From a virus (lineage: Duplodnaviria > Caudoviricetes), in the IMG/VR virus record IMGVR_UViG_3300030116_007293, positions 1-53,766 of that record: DNA of 53,766 nucleotides; one strand, written 5' to 3'. Shown here piece by piece: positions 37,649 through 46,087 of this stretch. The notes below the pieces were generated by a model, which saw only the letters and a list, made by a program, of their open reading frames with translations, was not told the origin of the DNA and ran no database searches. Position 1 is the first letter of the stretch. Each line of letters begins with the position of its first letter. The translations under genes and the position numbers were made by a program.

Positions 37649-37841
37649 GACCATGTATTTAAGAATTATAAATAATGACCTTGAACTTGATGGAGTAAAA
37701 GTTGCCAGAGTGCTTGACATAACAGGAACAGTGCTTGGCAACTTTGAAGAAATGATTGAGAGGGCAAATGATTATGAAAAAATTGCTGAACAAGAATATG
37801 AAAAAGGATATGAAAAAGGGAGAGAAGATGCCGAAGTTTAA
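37632..37841 (+). CDS. Small hypothetical protein
   Basis: AAGGAG RBS; C-terminal YEKGYEKG. Confidence 0.65.
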   Translation: MSIEVKTMYLRIINNDLELDGVKVARVLDITGTVLGNFEEMIERANDYEKIAEQEYEKGYEKGREDAEV

Positions 37842-38154
37842 ATATAAAATTCTTGATAAATCAGGGAAAGATGCAGCCAAAATTTTAGAAGAGATGGCAG
37901 AAACTTTTCGTGAGAGAAATAAAGTTTATGGTGATAATTATAAAACAGTTGGTGAGGTGATGGTTGGTTTATTCCCCAAAGGCATTCACCTTAAAACAGC
38001 TGATGATTATAATATATGGCATCTTTTTGAACTCATGATAGTCAAAATAACAAGATTTGCTAACAGCGATTTAAACCACAAAGACTCAATACATGATGCA
38101 GCAGTTTATGCAGCAATGGTTGAATCATTATTAATAAAAGGAAATAAAAAATGA
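37828..38154 (+). CDS. All-alpha DUF6378-like protein, possible nucleotide pyrophosphohydrolase
   Basis: RNKVYGD...MIVKITR...HKDSIHDAAVYAA; start reassigned to 37828. Confidence 0.6.
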   Translation: MPKFKYKILDKSGKDAAKILEEMAETFRERNKVYGDNYKTVGEVMVGLFPKGIHLKTADDYNIWHLFELMIVKITRFANSDLNHKDSIHDAAVYAAMVESLLIKGNKK

Positions 38155-38822
38155 GTAATATTTTAATTACAGGGTCAGGCAAAGGTCTTGGCAAAGCTAT
38201 GAAAGATGAGCTAGAAAAACAAGGTCATAACATTCTCGGATATGATATAAATGATGGCAATGATGTGACCAAAGCAAAAATTTTTGGTTCTATAAATATT
38301 GATGTATTAATAAATAATGCAGGAGTGAATTTAATAGATTGGCTTGAAAACTTCACAGAAGATATGTGGGATAAAGTTATGGATGTAAATGCAAAAGGCA
38401 TATACATGATGTCTAGAGCATGCTTGCCATCATTGATTAAGAACAGAGGAACAATATTAAACATTGTCAGCAATGCTGCTCACATGCCAATGACTTGTTC
38501 TTTGGCTTACAATGCATCAAAAGGTGCTGCTCATATAATGACTTTGCAAATGGCTCGTGAACTAACAAGAAAGCATGGCATTACAGTTTTTGGTATAGCA
38601 CCAAACAAATTATCAGGCACTGGTATGAGCAAATCAATAGATGAACAAGTTGTTAAAACTCGTGGTTGGGCAAATGATTATGCTCGACAATATCAATTAG
38701 ATGGATTGTTAACAGGTGAAGAAACACCACCCCAAAGATTAGCAGAGTTCATTGCATATTTATTACAATCAAAAGAGCATCACAAATATTTAACAGGATG
38801 CATATTACCATATGGAGCTTAA
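38151..38822 (+). CDS. Short-chain dehydrogenase/reductase
   Basis: TGSGKGLG, NNAG, NIVS, YNASK. Confidence 0.92.
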   Translation: MSNILITGSGKGLGKAMKDELEKQGHNILGYDINDGNDVTKAKIFGSINIDVLINNAGVNLIDWLENFTEDMWDKVMDVNAKGIYMMSRACLPSLIKNRGTILNIVSNAAHMPMTCSLAYNASKGAAHIMTLQMARELTRKHGITVFGIAPNKLSGTGMSKSIDEQVVKTRGWANDYARQYQLDGLLTGEETPPQRLAEFIAYLLQSKEHHKYLTGCILPYGA

Positions 38823-38823
38823 T

Positions 38824-39300
38824 ATGAAATTTACTATTGAACAAATCGCTATTTGCCCAGAGAACCCAGTTAAGGCAAAAAAGTTGTTATCTGAAATAGG
38901 TGCAGTGGATTGGGTTGAGGATCATGTTGTTGCGACTGGTGCAGTTTTTGATGTTGTTGGAACAAATGAGGCAGACTTATCTTTCAATTATGATATCTTC
39001 TCTGGTAAAGAGTTTGAGATTTTAAATTATACTGAAGGCAATAACTGGATGGATACAGATAAAAGAGGAAGAAACTCTGTAAGTCATCTTGGTATGCACT
39101 GCACAAATACTGAACTTGCTCTGTGGAAAACATTTTTTGAGGAAAGAAATATAGGTATCGCACAAGAAGTTTTTACAGACTCTCATACAAATGTTGCAAT
39201 AGCAGGCAAAAGATCTTACAACTATGTTATTTTTGATACCAAAGATATATTGGGTGTTGATTTAAAATTTATTGTCAGGATAGATAATGATAATATTTGA
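38824..39300 (+). CDS. VOC / glyoxalase-fold protein (methylmalonyl-CoA-epimerase-like)
   Basis: IEQIAI, EFEILNY, SHLGMH, FDT..ILG pattern. Confidence 0.7.
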   Translation: MKFTIEQIAICPENPVKAKKLLSEIGAVDWVEDHVVATGAVFDVVGTNEADLSFNYDIFSGKEFEILNYTEGNNWMDTDKRGRNSVSHLGMHCTNTELALWKTFFEERNIGIAQEVFTDSHTNVAIAGKRSYNYVIFDTKDILGVDLKFIVRIDNDNI

Positions 39301-39820
39301 TCTTGAGACAACAGGATTGCCAAAAGCTGAAGGCAGTGATTTAGAAATGCAGCCAAAGATAATTGAATTTGGTGGTATTAAAGTTGATGATGACTTTAAT
39401 AAAATAGACAGCTTTGAGTTTTTGTGTAATCCTGGACACCCATTAGATCCAAAAATAATAAAGATAACAAAAATAACAGATGAGATGTTAAAAGATCAAA
39501 AACCTTTTATTGCTCATTATAAAAAACTTGCTGAATGGTTTTGTGGTCAGAGTTCAATTGCAGCACACAATCTATCTTTTGACAGACAGATATTAAAATT
39601 TGAATTAGAAAGAATAGATAAATTAACAAAGTTCCCATGGCCATATAATCATATTTGCACAGTTGAGATAGGTCAATCAGTTTGGGGAAAGATGAGGAAG
39701 CTGGGTGATATATATGAAGACTTGTTTAATAAAAAGATTCAAGGTGCTCACAGATCTTTGGTTGATGTTGAAGCAACAATAGAAATATTGAGGTGGTACA
39801 GAAAAGAAGGACACATATAA
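39287..39820 (+). CDS. dnaQ: DEDDh 3'-5' exonuclease (Pol III epsilon-like)
   Basis: FDLETTG, AHNLSFD, AHRSLVDV. Confidence 0.92.
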   Translation: MIIFDLETTGLPKAEGSDLEMQPKIIEFGGIKVDDDFNKIDSFEFLCNPGHPLDPKIIKITKITDEMLKDQKPFIAHYKKLAEWFCGQSSIAAHNLSFDRQILKFELERIDKLTKFPWPYNHICTVEIGQSVWGKMRKLGDIYEDLFNKKIQGAHRSLVDVEATIEILRWYRKEGHI

Positions 39821-39882
39821 TGGTCACTAGATGTGCAAAAGATATTTGTCATGTATCAAACTACACAGTAAAATGGCAATAA
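39820..39882 (+). CDS. Possible 20-aa peptide MVTRCAKDICHVSNYTVKWQ
   Basis: TAATG overlap with dnaQ stop; ends 1 nt before the dnaE ATG. Confidence 0.45.
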   Translation: MVTRCAKDICHVSNYTVKWQ

Positions 39883-39883
39883 T

Positions 39884-42697
39884 ATGCTAAATATTAGATT
39901 AAGAACTGAATATTCATTTCGCAAAGCATTTGGTCATACCAAAAAAGTTGTTGAAGCATCTGCAGGTGAAGCAGTTGGTATATGTGATGCTGGCACTTGG
40001 GGTCATGTTGCTTTTGATAAGGCATGTAAAGAATTAAATAAAAAACCATTGTTTGGTACTGAAATATCATTTGTTGAAGATTCAACTGCAAGAGAAAAGC
40101 AACCAGCAAATCAAATGGCTTTTATTGCAAAGAGCAATAAAGGATTAAAAGAACTTTATGAGCTTGTAACAAAAAGCACAGAAAAAGAAAATTTTTATTA
40201 CTTCCCCAGACTTTCATATTCTGACCTGTTTGATATATCAGATGAATTAATCATATTGAGTGGAACACATCCTGCATGGGGAATGCTTCCTTTGGCCAGA
40301 AAAAACAATTTATATATTGAGATCAATCCTATGAGTTCTCGCAAGGCATTAGACTTTTGTGAAGCAAAAGGATTTAAATGCATATCAACATCTGATAATT
40401 ATTTTCCAAAAGTTGATGACAGAAAAGGTTATGAAGTTCTTGTTGGCCAGAATAGGATTAACAGAACAGCACCAATGCATATATTAAATGAGTGGGAGTT
40501 GAAAGATTTAGTTCCTTGGATTCCAGATTCAGCTTTTAAAAATAGCTATGAAATAGCTGATATGTGCAATGTTGAATTACCACAAGGATCAATGGTATCA
40601 TTTCATTCTGAAAAAACTTTAGAAAAACTTTGTATTGAAGGTGCTGTAAAAAGAGAAGTAAATTTAAAAGACCCAATATATAAAGCAAGATTAAAAAGAG
40701 AGATTGATTTAATAGCTGATAAAAAGTTTGAAGATTATTTTTTTGTAATAGCAGATATGATTAATTTTGCCAAGCAACATATGTTAGTTGGACCAGCAAG
40801 AGGATCTTCAGCAGGATCATTGGTTTGTTATTTAACAGGGATAACTGACATCGATCCAATAAAACATGATTTATTGTTTGAAAGATTTATTGATATAACT
40901 CGTGAAGATTTACCTGATATCGATATTGACTTTCAAGATGATAGAAGAGAGATGGTTATAAATTATTTGAGAGATAAATATGGTGAGGAAAAAGTTGCAC
41001 ATTTAGGAACAATATCAAGATACAAAGCAAAGAGCACAATAACAGAAGTTGCCAAAGAACTTGGTGTTCCTGCTTGGGAAGTTAATGATCTCAAAGGTGC
41101 AATAATAGAAAGAAGCTCTGGGGATGCTCGTGCAGCCATGTGTATAATGGACACATTTAATGACCTCGAAATTGGGAAAAAAGTTCTGGAAAAGTATCCA
41201 CAGATGAGAATAGCATCAAAAATGGAGAATCATGCTCGTCACAATGGTGTTCATGCAGCCGCAATAATTGTGACTGAAGACCCAGTAAGAAAATATTGTT
41301 CAGTAAATCAACAATCAGGTGCAGCACAGATTGATAAGATAGATGCTGAGAGCTTAAATTTACTGAAGATTGATGCTTTGGGATTAAGAACTTTGTCTGT
41401 TTTACAAGATATACTTGACCAAGTTGGTTGGCAAAGAGAAGAATTAATAAATTATAGACTAGATGATAAAGATGCTTTTGATGTTTTAAATAAAGAAAAA
41501 TATGCAGGAATATTTCAGTTTGAAGGTTATGCTTTGCAATCATTAACAAGGCAAATGCAAATATATGATTTTGAAGATATCGCATCGATAACTGCTCTGG
41601 CTCGTCCTGGACCATTAACTTCAGGTGGGACAACACAATATATTCAAAGAAGAGTTGGTTCTTCACCAATAGAATATCTTCACCCAATGACTGAAGAAGT
41701 TACAAAAGTCACAAAAGGTGTTGTTGTTTATCAGGAACAGGTTATGAATATTGCTCGTGATGTTGGCAAGTTAAGTTGGGAAGATGTATCTCAACTTCGC
41801 AAAGCAATGAGCAAAAGTTATGGTGAAGAATTTTTTGACAGGTATTGGCAAAGGTTTAAAGTTGGTGCTGAAGAAAATAATATCGATGAAGAACAAGCAT
41901 TAAAAATATGGAAAAATATTAATACAATGGGATCTTGGGCATTTAATCGTAGTCACGCAATATCTTATGGACTTGTGAGTTATTGGTGCTGTGTTTTAAA
42001 AAGTAAATTTCCATTAGAATTTGCAGCTGCATGTTTGAGAAATGTTAAGGATGATGAACAAGGAGTAAAACTTTTAAGAGAAGTTGTAAGAGAGGGTCTT
42101 GTATATAAGCCATATGATAAATACAAATCAACAAGTAATTGGTCAGTTCAAGATGGCCAGTTGATAGGTGGATTGATTGGTATAAAAGGTGTTGGTCCAA
42201 AAATGTCTGAAGATATAATAAATAGAAGAGAGCTGAATCAACCATTAACACCAAGACAAAATAATCTTTTAGACAATGGGGAAACACCATATGATGATAT
42301 TTTTGAGTGTGAAAGAAGGTTTGGTCATATTAAAAAAGAACCAGCAAAACATAATATAAAAACAGCCATAACAGATATACAAAATCTTGAAGCTGACAAT
42401 CCTGGAGAGTTTGTTGTTTTTGGAAAGCTCATTGAAAAGAATTTAAGAGATTTAAATGAAACAGTAAACTTGGCAAAAAGAGGTGGTCGTAGAGCAGAGA
42501 CTAATAACTTATGGTTGAACATGAAATTTGAAGATGACACTGGTCCAATTTTAGCAGGCATCAATAGATGGGCATATCCAAAGTTGGGCAAACCAATAGT
42601 TGAGGAGGGTAAAATTGGTGATTGGTATCTATTAAAAGGCAAAATAAATAAAGGATTTAGAAAATTAAATGTAGAGAAATGGCGTAAGCTGACATAA
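39884..42697 (+). CDS. dnaE: DNA polymerase III alpha subunit (family C)
   Basis: PHP-like N-domain, GPARGSSAGS, FERF, PDIDIDF, HAAA, KIDALGL, FQF, YQEQ, FNRSH, HhH, OB fold. Confidence 0.97.
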   Translation: MLNIRLRTEYSFRKAFGHTKKVVEASAGEAVGICDAGTWGHVAFDKACKELNKKPLFGTEISFVEDSTAREKQPANQMAFIAKSNKGLKELYELVTKSTEKENFYYFPRLSYSDLFDISDELIILSGTHPAWGMLPLARKNNLYIEINPMSSRKALDFCEAKGFKCISTSDNYFPKVDDRKGYEVLVGQNRINRTAPMHILNEWELKDLVPWIPDSAFKNSYEIADMCNVELPQGSMVSFHSEKTLEKLCIEGAVKREVNLKDPIYKARLKREIDLIADKKFEDYFFVIADMINFAKQHMLVGPARGSSAGSLVCYLTGITDIDPIKHDLLFERFIDITREDLPDIDIDFQDDRREMVINYLRDKYGEEKVAHLGTISRYKAKSTITEVAKELGVPAWEVNDLKGAIIERSSGDARAAMCIMDTFNDLEIGKKVLEKYPQMRIASKMENHARHNGVHAAAIIVTEDPVRKYCSVNQQSGAAQIDKIDAESLNLLKIDALGLRTLSVLQDILDQVGWQREELINYRLDDKDAFDVLNKEKYAGIFQFEGYALQSLTRQMQIYDFEDIASITALARPGPLTSGGTTQYIQRRVGSSPIEYLHPMTEEVTKVTKGVVVYQEQVMNIARDVGKLSWEDVSQLRKAMSKSYGEEFFDRYWQRFKVGAEENNIDEEQALKIWKNINTMGSWAFNRSHAISYGLVSYWCCVLKSKFPLEFAAACLRNVKDDEQGVKLLREVVREGLVYKPYDKYKSTSNWSVQDGQLIGGLIGIKGVGPKMSEDIINRRELNQPLTPRQNNLLDNGETPYDDIFECERRFGHIKKEPAKHNIKTAITDIQNLEADNPGEFVVFGKLIEKNLRDLNETVNLAKRGGRRAETNNLWLNMKFEDDTGPILAGINRWAYPKLGKPIVEEGKIGDWYLLKGKINKGFRKLNVEKWRKLT

Positions 42698-42774
42698 GTC
42701 ATTGTTTTTATTGAGATCTTTTTTCACTTTCTTTAAAAATAATACTTTACTTCTCTGGGCAAAAGAGATATCAT
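42695..42774 (+). promoter_or_regulatory. Promoter C with TAAGTCATTGT box
   Basis: Box 42695-42705 (uses the dnaE stop); TTTACT 42746-42751; 17 nt; TATCAT 42769-42774. Confidence 0.75.
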
Positions 42775-42804
42775 CTATTCATAGAGTTAAGAAAGGAAAT
42801 AATT

Positions 42805-43296
42805 ATGACAAAACATACTCCAAAAAGAAGACAAATTACTGACTGGGTTGGTAAGCAAAGAAAAACATGGTGTGGTCCATATGCGATCGCAGTTGTTTGT
42901 GGTACTGAATATGAGCCAGCATATCAAGTGGCAAAAGCAGTTCGTGGCAAAAGGCATGCCAAAGGAATCACTGTTACTCAGATGATTAAGTCTTGCAAAA
43001 AATTAGGTGTCACTGGTGTAAATAAAAAACTTGATAAAAAAATGAAGTTATCAAAATGGCTTGACCAACACACTCTTCCAAATAAAGTTTATGTTGTCAA
43101 TACCACACGTCATTTTATAATTGTTGATACAAGAGATTGGACAACTATTGATAACCAGCAACCAGAGTGGAAAGCTGTAACAGCATCCAAGCATATTAAT
43201 AAAATGGTTCATGGTCATTTTATAGTTGATAATCCAAAGTTCGAAACAGCCAAAGATGAATGGCTTTTTGAACCACTTGCTGCATCTAGCAAGTAA
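42805..43296 (+). CDS. Papain-fold (C39-like) Cys peptidase-like protein
   Basis: WCGPYAIA, GIT, HFIIVD, IDN giving a Cys-His-Asp order. Confidence 0.55.
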   Translation: MTKHTPKRRQITDWVGKQRKTWCGPYAIAVVCGTEYEPAYQVAKAVRGKRHAKGITVTQMIKSCKKLGVTGVNKKLDKKMKLSKWLDQHTLPNKVYVVNTTRHFIIVDTRDWTTIDNQQPEWKAVTASKHINKMVHGHFIVDNPKFETAKDEWLFEPLAASSK

Positions 43297-43324
43297 AGGC
43301 AATCAAGCTAAACACAAAAGGAGA

Positions 43325-43358
43325 TTTCCTGAGCATGAAGTAAAACTGCTCATTTTTT
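43325..43358 (+). terminator. Hairpin/pseudoknot with U-tract
   Basis: TGAGCA/TGCTCA stem followed by TTTTTT. Confidence 0.55.
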
Positions 43359-43371
43359 ATTGGAGGGATTT

Positions 43372-43794
43372 ATGTTAACAGAACTAGCATGTATGGCAAC
43401 AGCAATATATTTTGAAGCACGTGGTGAACCAATGGTTGGTCAAGTTGCAGTGGCTCAAGTTATAATGTCAAGAGTAAATGATGAAAGATATCCTGATACA
43501 GTTTGTGATGTTGTAAAGCAGGGATATTATTATTCATGGGACAAAACAATACCAATCAGGGACAAATGTCAATTTAGTTTTTGGTGCGATGGTAAACCTG
43601 AAACGATTAAAGATGAGGATGCATATTTTTGGGCAACAGAAGTTGCTCAAGCAGTTATGGTTGGCACACTTTACGATACAACACAAGGTGCGACTCATTA
43701 TCATGCTTATTATGTTCAACCATCCTGGAGCAAAAAATTTACCAGAACAGTAAGAATAAATGATCATATATTTTATAGATGGGAGAATGAATAA
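43372..43794 (+). CDS. Cell wall hydrolase, SleB-like
   Basis: AIYFEARGE, GQVAVAQV, CQFSFWCDG, ATHYHA, HIFY; ATG at 43372 after GGAGG. Confidence 0.92.
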   Translation: MLTELACMATAIYFEARGEPMVGQVAVAQVIMSRVNDERYPDTVCDVVKQGYYYSWDKTIPIRDKCQFSFWCDGKPETIKDEDAYFWATEVAQAVMVGTLYDTTQGATHYHAYYVQPSWSKKFTRTVRINDHIFYRWENE

Positions 43795-43988
43795 TGACAA
43801 AATTTTCAGATGAATTTATTAACAAAGTAAAACAACATTGGGAAGAGAATAAAGGAAAACCTTTAGGAGATAAAGTTGGTGGGATTCATAGGGAATATAA
43901 AAAATTAAAAAAATTTGGAATGCAAGATTTAGCAGATTATTTTAGCATAACAAAAGCTCAAGCAACAAGGATTATTTATCACAAATGA
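43794..43988 (+). CDS. Small HTH-like protein
   Basis: MQDLADYFSITKAQATRII. Confidence 0.55.
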   Translation: MTKFSDEFINKVKQHWEENKGKPLGDKVGGIHREYKKLKKFGMQDLADYFSITKAQATRIIYHK

Positions 43989-44385
43989 CTTTTGACAAAT
44001 CAACCCAATCTTCTTTTGTCATATTCCCTTTTTTATGCCAATGCAGAAGATCAGAGAATTTTGTTTTTGAAACTCGATTGTAAACTTCTTTAGAATTAGA
44101 GCCATCGATTAAACCAATAAAGTTCCTGCCAATACGAATTAAAACCCAACAATGACCTTTGTAGCTTTTATATTCTTTCAACCAAATGACCTGATTCAGT
44201 GCCAATCCTGTAGAAACTCTTTTCTCTGGCCAATGATTGAGATACTTTAATTCTATCCAACCAGACTCACCATCTTTATTAATATAATGAATATCTGGCA
44301 TTCCTCTCATAACTCTGTTTTCAACTCTATACATCTTCAAAGGCAAAGAAGTTCTCAACAAATGCCAAAAATTTTTTTCACTCAT
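43972..44385 (-). CDS. VRR-NUC / PD-(D/E)xK nuclease
   Basis: SE..FW, RVEN, GMPD, WIELK, Q..WL. Confidence 0.85.
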   Translation of the reverse strand: MSEKNFWHLLRTSLPLKMYRVENRVMRGMPDIHYINKDGESGWIELKYLNHWPEKRVSTGLALNQVIWLKEYKSYKGHCWVLIRIGRNFIGLIDGSNSKEVYNRVSKTKFSDLLHWHKKGNMTKEDWVDLSKVICDK

Positions 44386-44386
44386 A

Positions 44387-46087
44387 TTATTCTCCATTAT
44401 TTAAAAAGACTGATCTCGGATCTTTAGTTATCGCATCAGCAAGATTCTTTTTATCTCGCAATGCTTCTATTATTTTTGAATCAATTGTTCCTTTTGCTTC
44501 AATGTCTATGTATGTTACATTCTTTGTAGTTCCTATCCTGTGACATCTGTCTTCAGATTGCAATCTTGTTTCAAGGTCAAAACTATTAGAATAATAAATA
44601 GCATAATCTGCAGCTGTCAATGTTAAACCAATGCCACCAGATTGAGGTTGGCCAATAAAGTATTTTATTTTGGGATCATTTTGAAATCTATCAACTGCAG
44701 TTTCTCTTTCATCTGTTGGAATATCCCCATAATAACTAACAGCTGACTCACCTAATGCCTGTCCTATGGCTCTTATATCAGCTTTAAATCTTGCCCATAT
44801 GATAACTTTTGACTGTATTTCACCAAGAATGTTTATTAAAGCTGATAGACGAGGATTGTCAGCATTGATCATTTGGATGCCATCTTCAGTTGGAAACCAA
44901 TTACAAGTTATTTGTTGCAATCTTAAAAACCTTGTAATTGCTTCTGGTGCTGATACTGTTTTGCCTTCAAGTTCTGCTATGTATTCCTTTTGTAAATCCT
45001 TATAAATTTTTTGTTGATCAGATGTCAACTTTATAGAATATCTTTGATATATCTTTTTAGGCAGATCCAAACAATCTTTTTTAAGAACTCTAAAACTATG
45101 ACCCTCAATGTTCTTTGTTAATTCATCAATGTTTTGATAAGATACTATTTCTCTATTATCAAAACCACCCATCACACAATATCTTGCTCTGAAAGAATAA
45201 AAACTATCATATCCAAGAATATTAGGATCTAAAAATTTAAATTGACTATAAACATCCTCTGGACCTTTTGTAACAGGTGTGCCAGTTAATATTCTACGAT
45301 ATTTAGCATTTTTAGAAAATTTTGTTATCATCTTTGTTCTTTTTGCTCCTGGTTTTTTGATCCTAGAACTTTCATCAACAACCAACATAACATTGTGCGA
45401 TGATAATATTTTCATCATATAAAATACAGCAACACTGCTAACAAATGCTTCAACATTAAAAGAGAACACTTTAAGACAGTTTTCAGCACCTATAACAGCA
45501 TCAAATTTTTCCTTGTGCTTTTTTATGGTATTCTGCCCTGACTTGTAGTATATGCTCTCATATGGGCACCAATCAGGCATATGCACAGGAAGTTCTTTGC
45601 TCAACCAGTTTCTGTGAACACCATTTGGTGCAATAACAACCAAAGCATTAATTTTATTATTTGCATATAAATATGCAGCATTGTCGATTATAACTTTACT
45701 TTTTCCTGTGCCTTGTTCCATCAAAAGACCAAATGCTTCTTTATCACGTGACATATAAAATGCTTTTCTTTGATGATCAAAAGGTTTTGTTTTAAATTTA
45801 AAATCATCATTAGTTGGCAACACTTCAACTTTAGCTGAACGAGTATTTTCTGCTTCGATTAAGAGATCAACATATTTTTCTAATATTGGCTTGGCTTCAT
45901 CTGACCAAGTTGCATCTGGCCAATATTTCTGTATCCTACTTATATTGGCACTGGTGGGATCAAATAAAAGATCCCGACCAACCCATTTTTTATATCCAGG
46001 AAGACTAGACAGCTTTTCAATAGATGTGCTGTCCAGCTTTACTTTAGCAACACAATACTTGCCAAATTCTGCTTTTTCAATATGCAT
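44387..46087 (-). CDS. SNF2-family SF2 helicase
   Basis: EQGTGKS, VDESS, LTGTP, GGIGLTLT, QSEDRCHRIG; start reassigned to ATG 46087 (TAATG coupling). Confidence 0.93.
   Translation of the reverse strand: MHIEKAEFGKYCVAKVKLDSTSIEKLSSLPGYKKWVGRDLLFDPTSANISRIQKYWPDATWSDEAKPILEKYVDLLIEAENTRSAKVEVLPTNDDFKFKTKPFDHQRKAFYMSRDKEAFGLLMEQGTGKSKVIIDNAAYLYANNKINALVVIAPNGVHRNWLSKELPVHMPDWCPYESIYYKSGQNTIKKHKEKFDAVIGAENCLKVFSFNVEAFVSSVAVFYMMKILSSHNVMLVVDESSRIKKPGAKRTKMITKFSKNAKYRRILTGTPVTKGPEDVYSQFKFLDPNILGYDSFYSFRARYCVMGGFDNREIVSYQNIDELTKNIEGHSFRVLKKDCLDLPKKIYQRYSIKLTSDQQKIYKDLQKEYIAELEGKTVSAPEAITRFLRLQQITCNWFPTEDGIQMINADNPRLSALINILGEIQSKVIIWARFKADIRAIGQALGESAVSYYGDIPTDERETAVDRFQNDPKIKYFIGQPQSGGIGLTLTAADYAIYYSNSFDLETRLQSEDRCHRIGTTKNVTYIDIEAKGTIDSKIIEALRDKKNLADAITKDPRSVFLNNGE

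Noticed and set aside
37756-37827. N-terminal extensions given by the ORF track (also for starts at 4712, 20146, 21300, 28423, 29041, 46111)
   Set aside because: Downstream starts have better RBS or stop-start coupling; the extensions overlap neighbouring genes, hairpins or promoters
35624-39300. Known modification systems (dU-DNA, 7-deazaguanine, dZ, hmC/hmU hypermodification)
   Set aside because: No recognisable dCTP/dCMP deaminase, Que/Dpd, PurZ, ThyA-type hydroxymethylase, DNA kinase or glycosyltransferase genes
25656-42697. Inteins or introns in terL, helicase or dnaE
   Set aside because: Motif spacing and lengths are continuous; no splice-junction motifs or homing endonuclease seen
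43253-43323. SAM-II/SAM-V-like riboswitch (TTTGAACC...AAAAGGAG)
   Set aside because: Lies mostly within the coding end of the 42805 gene, and the pairing is explained by a simple ACTTGCT/AGCAAGT hairpin
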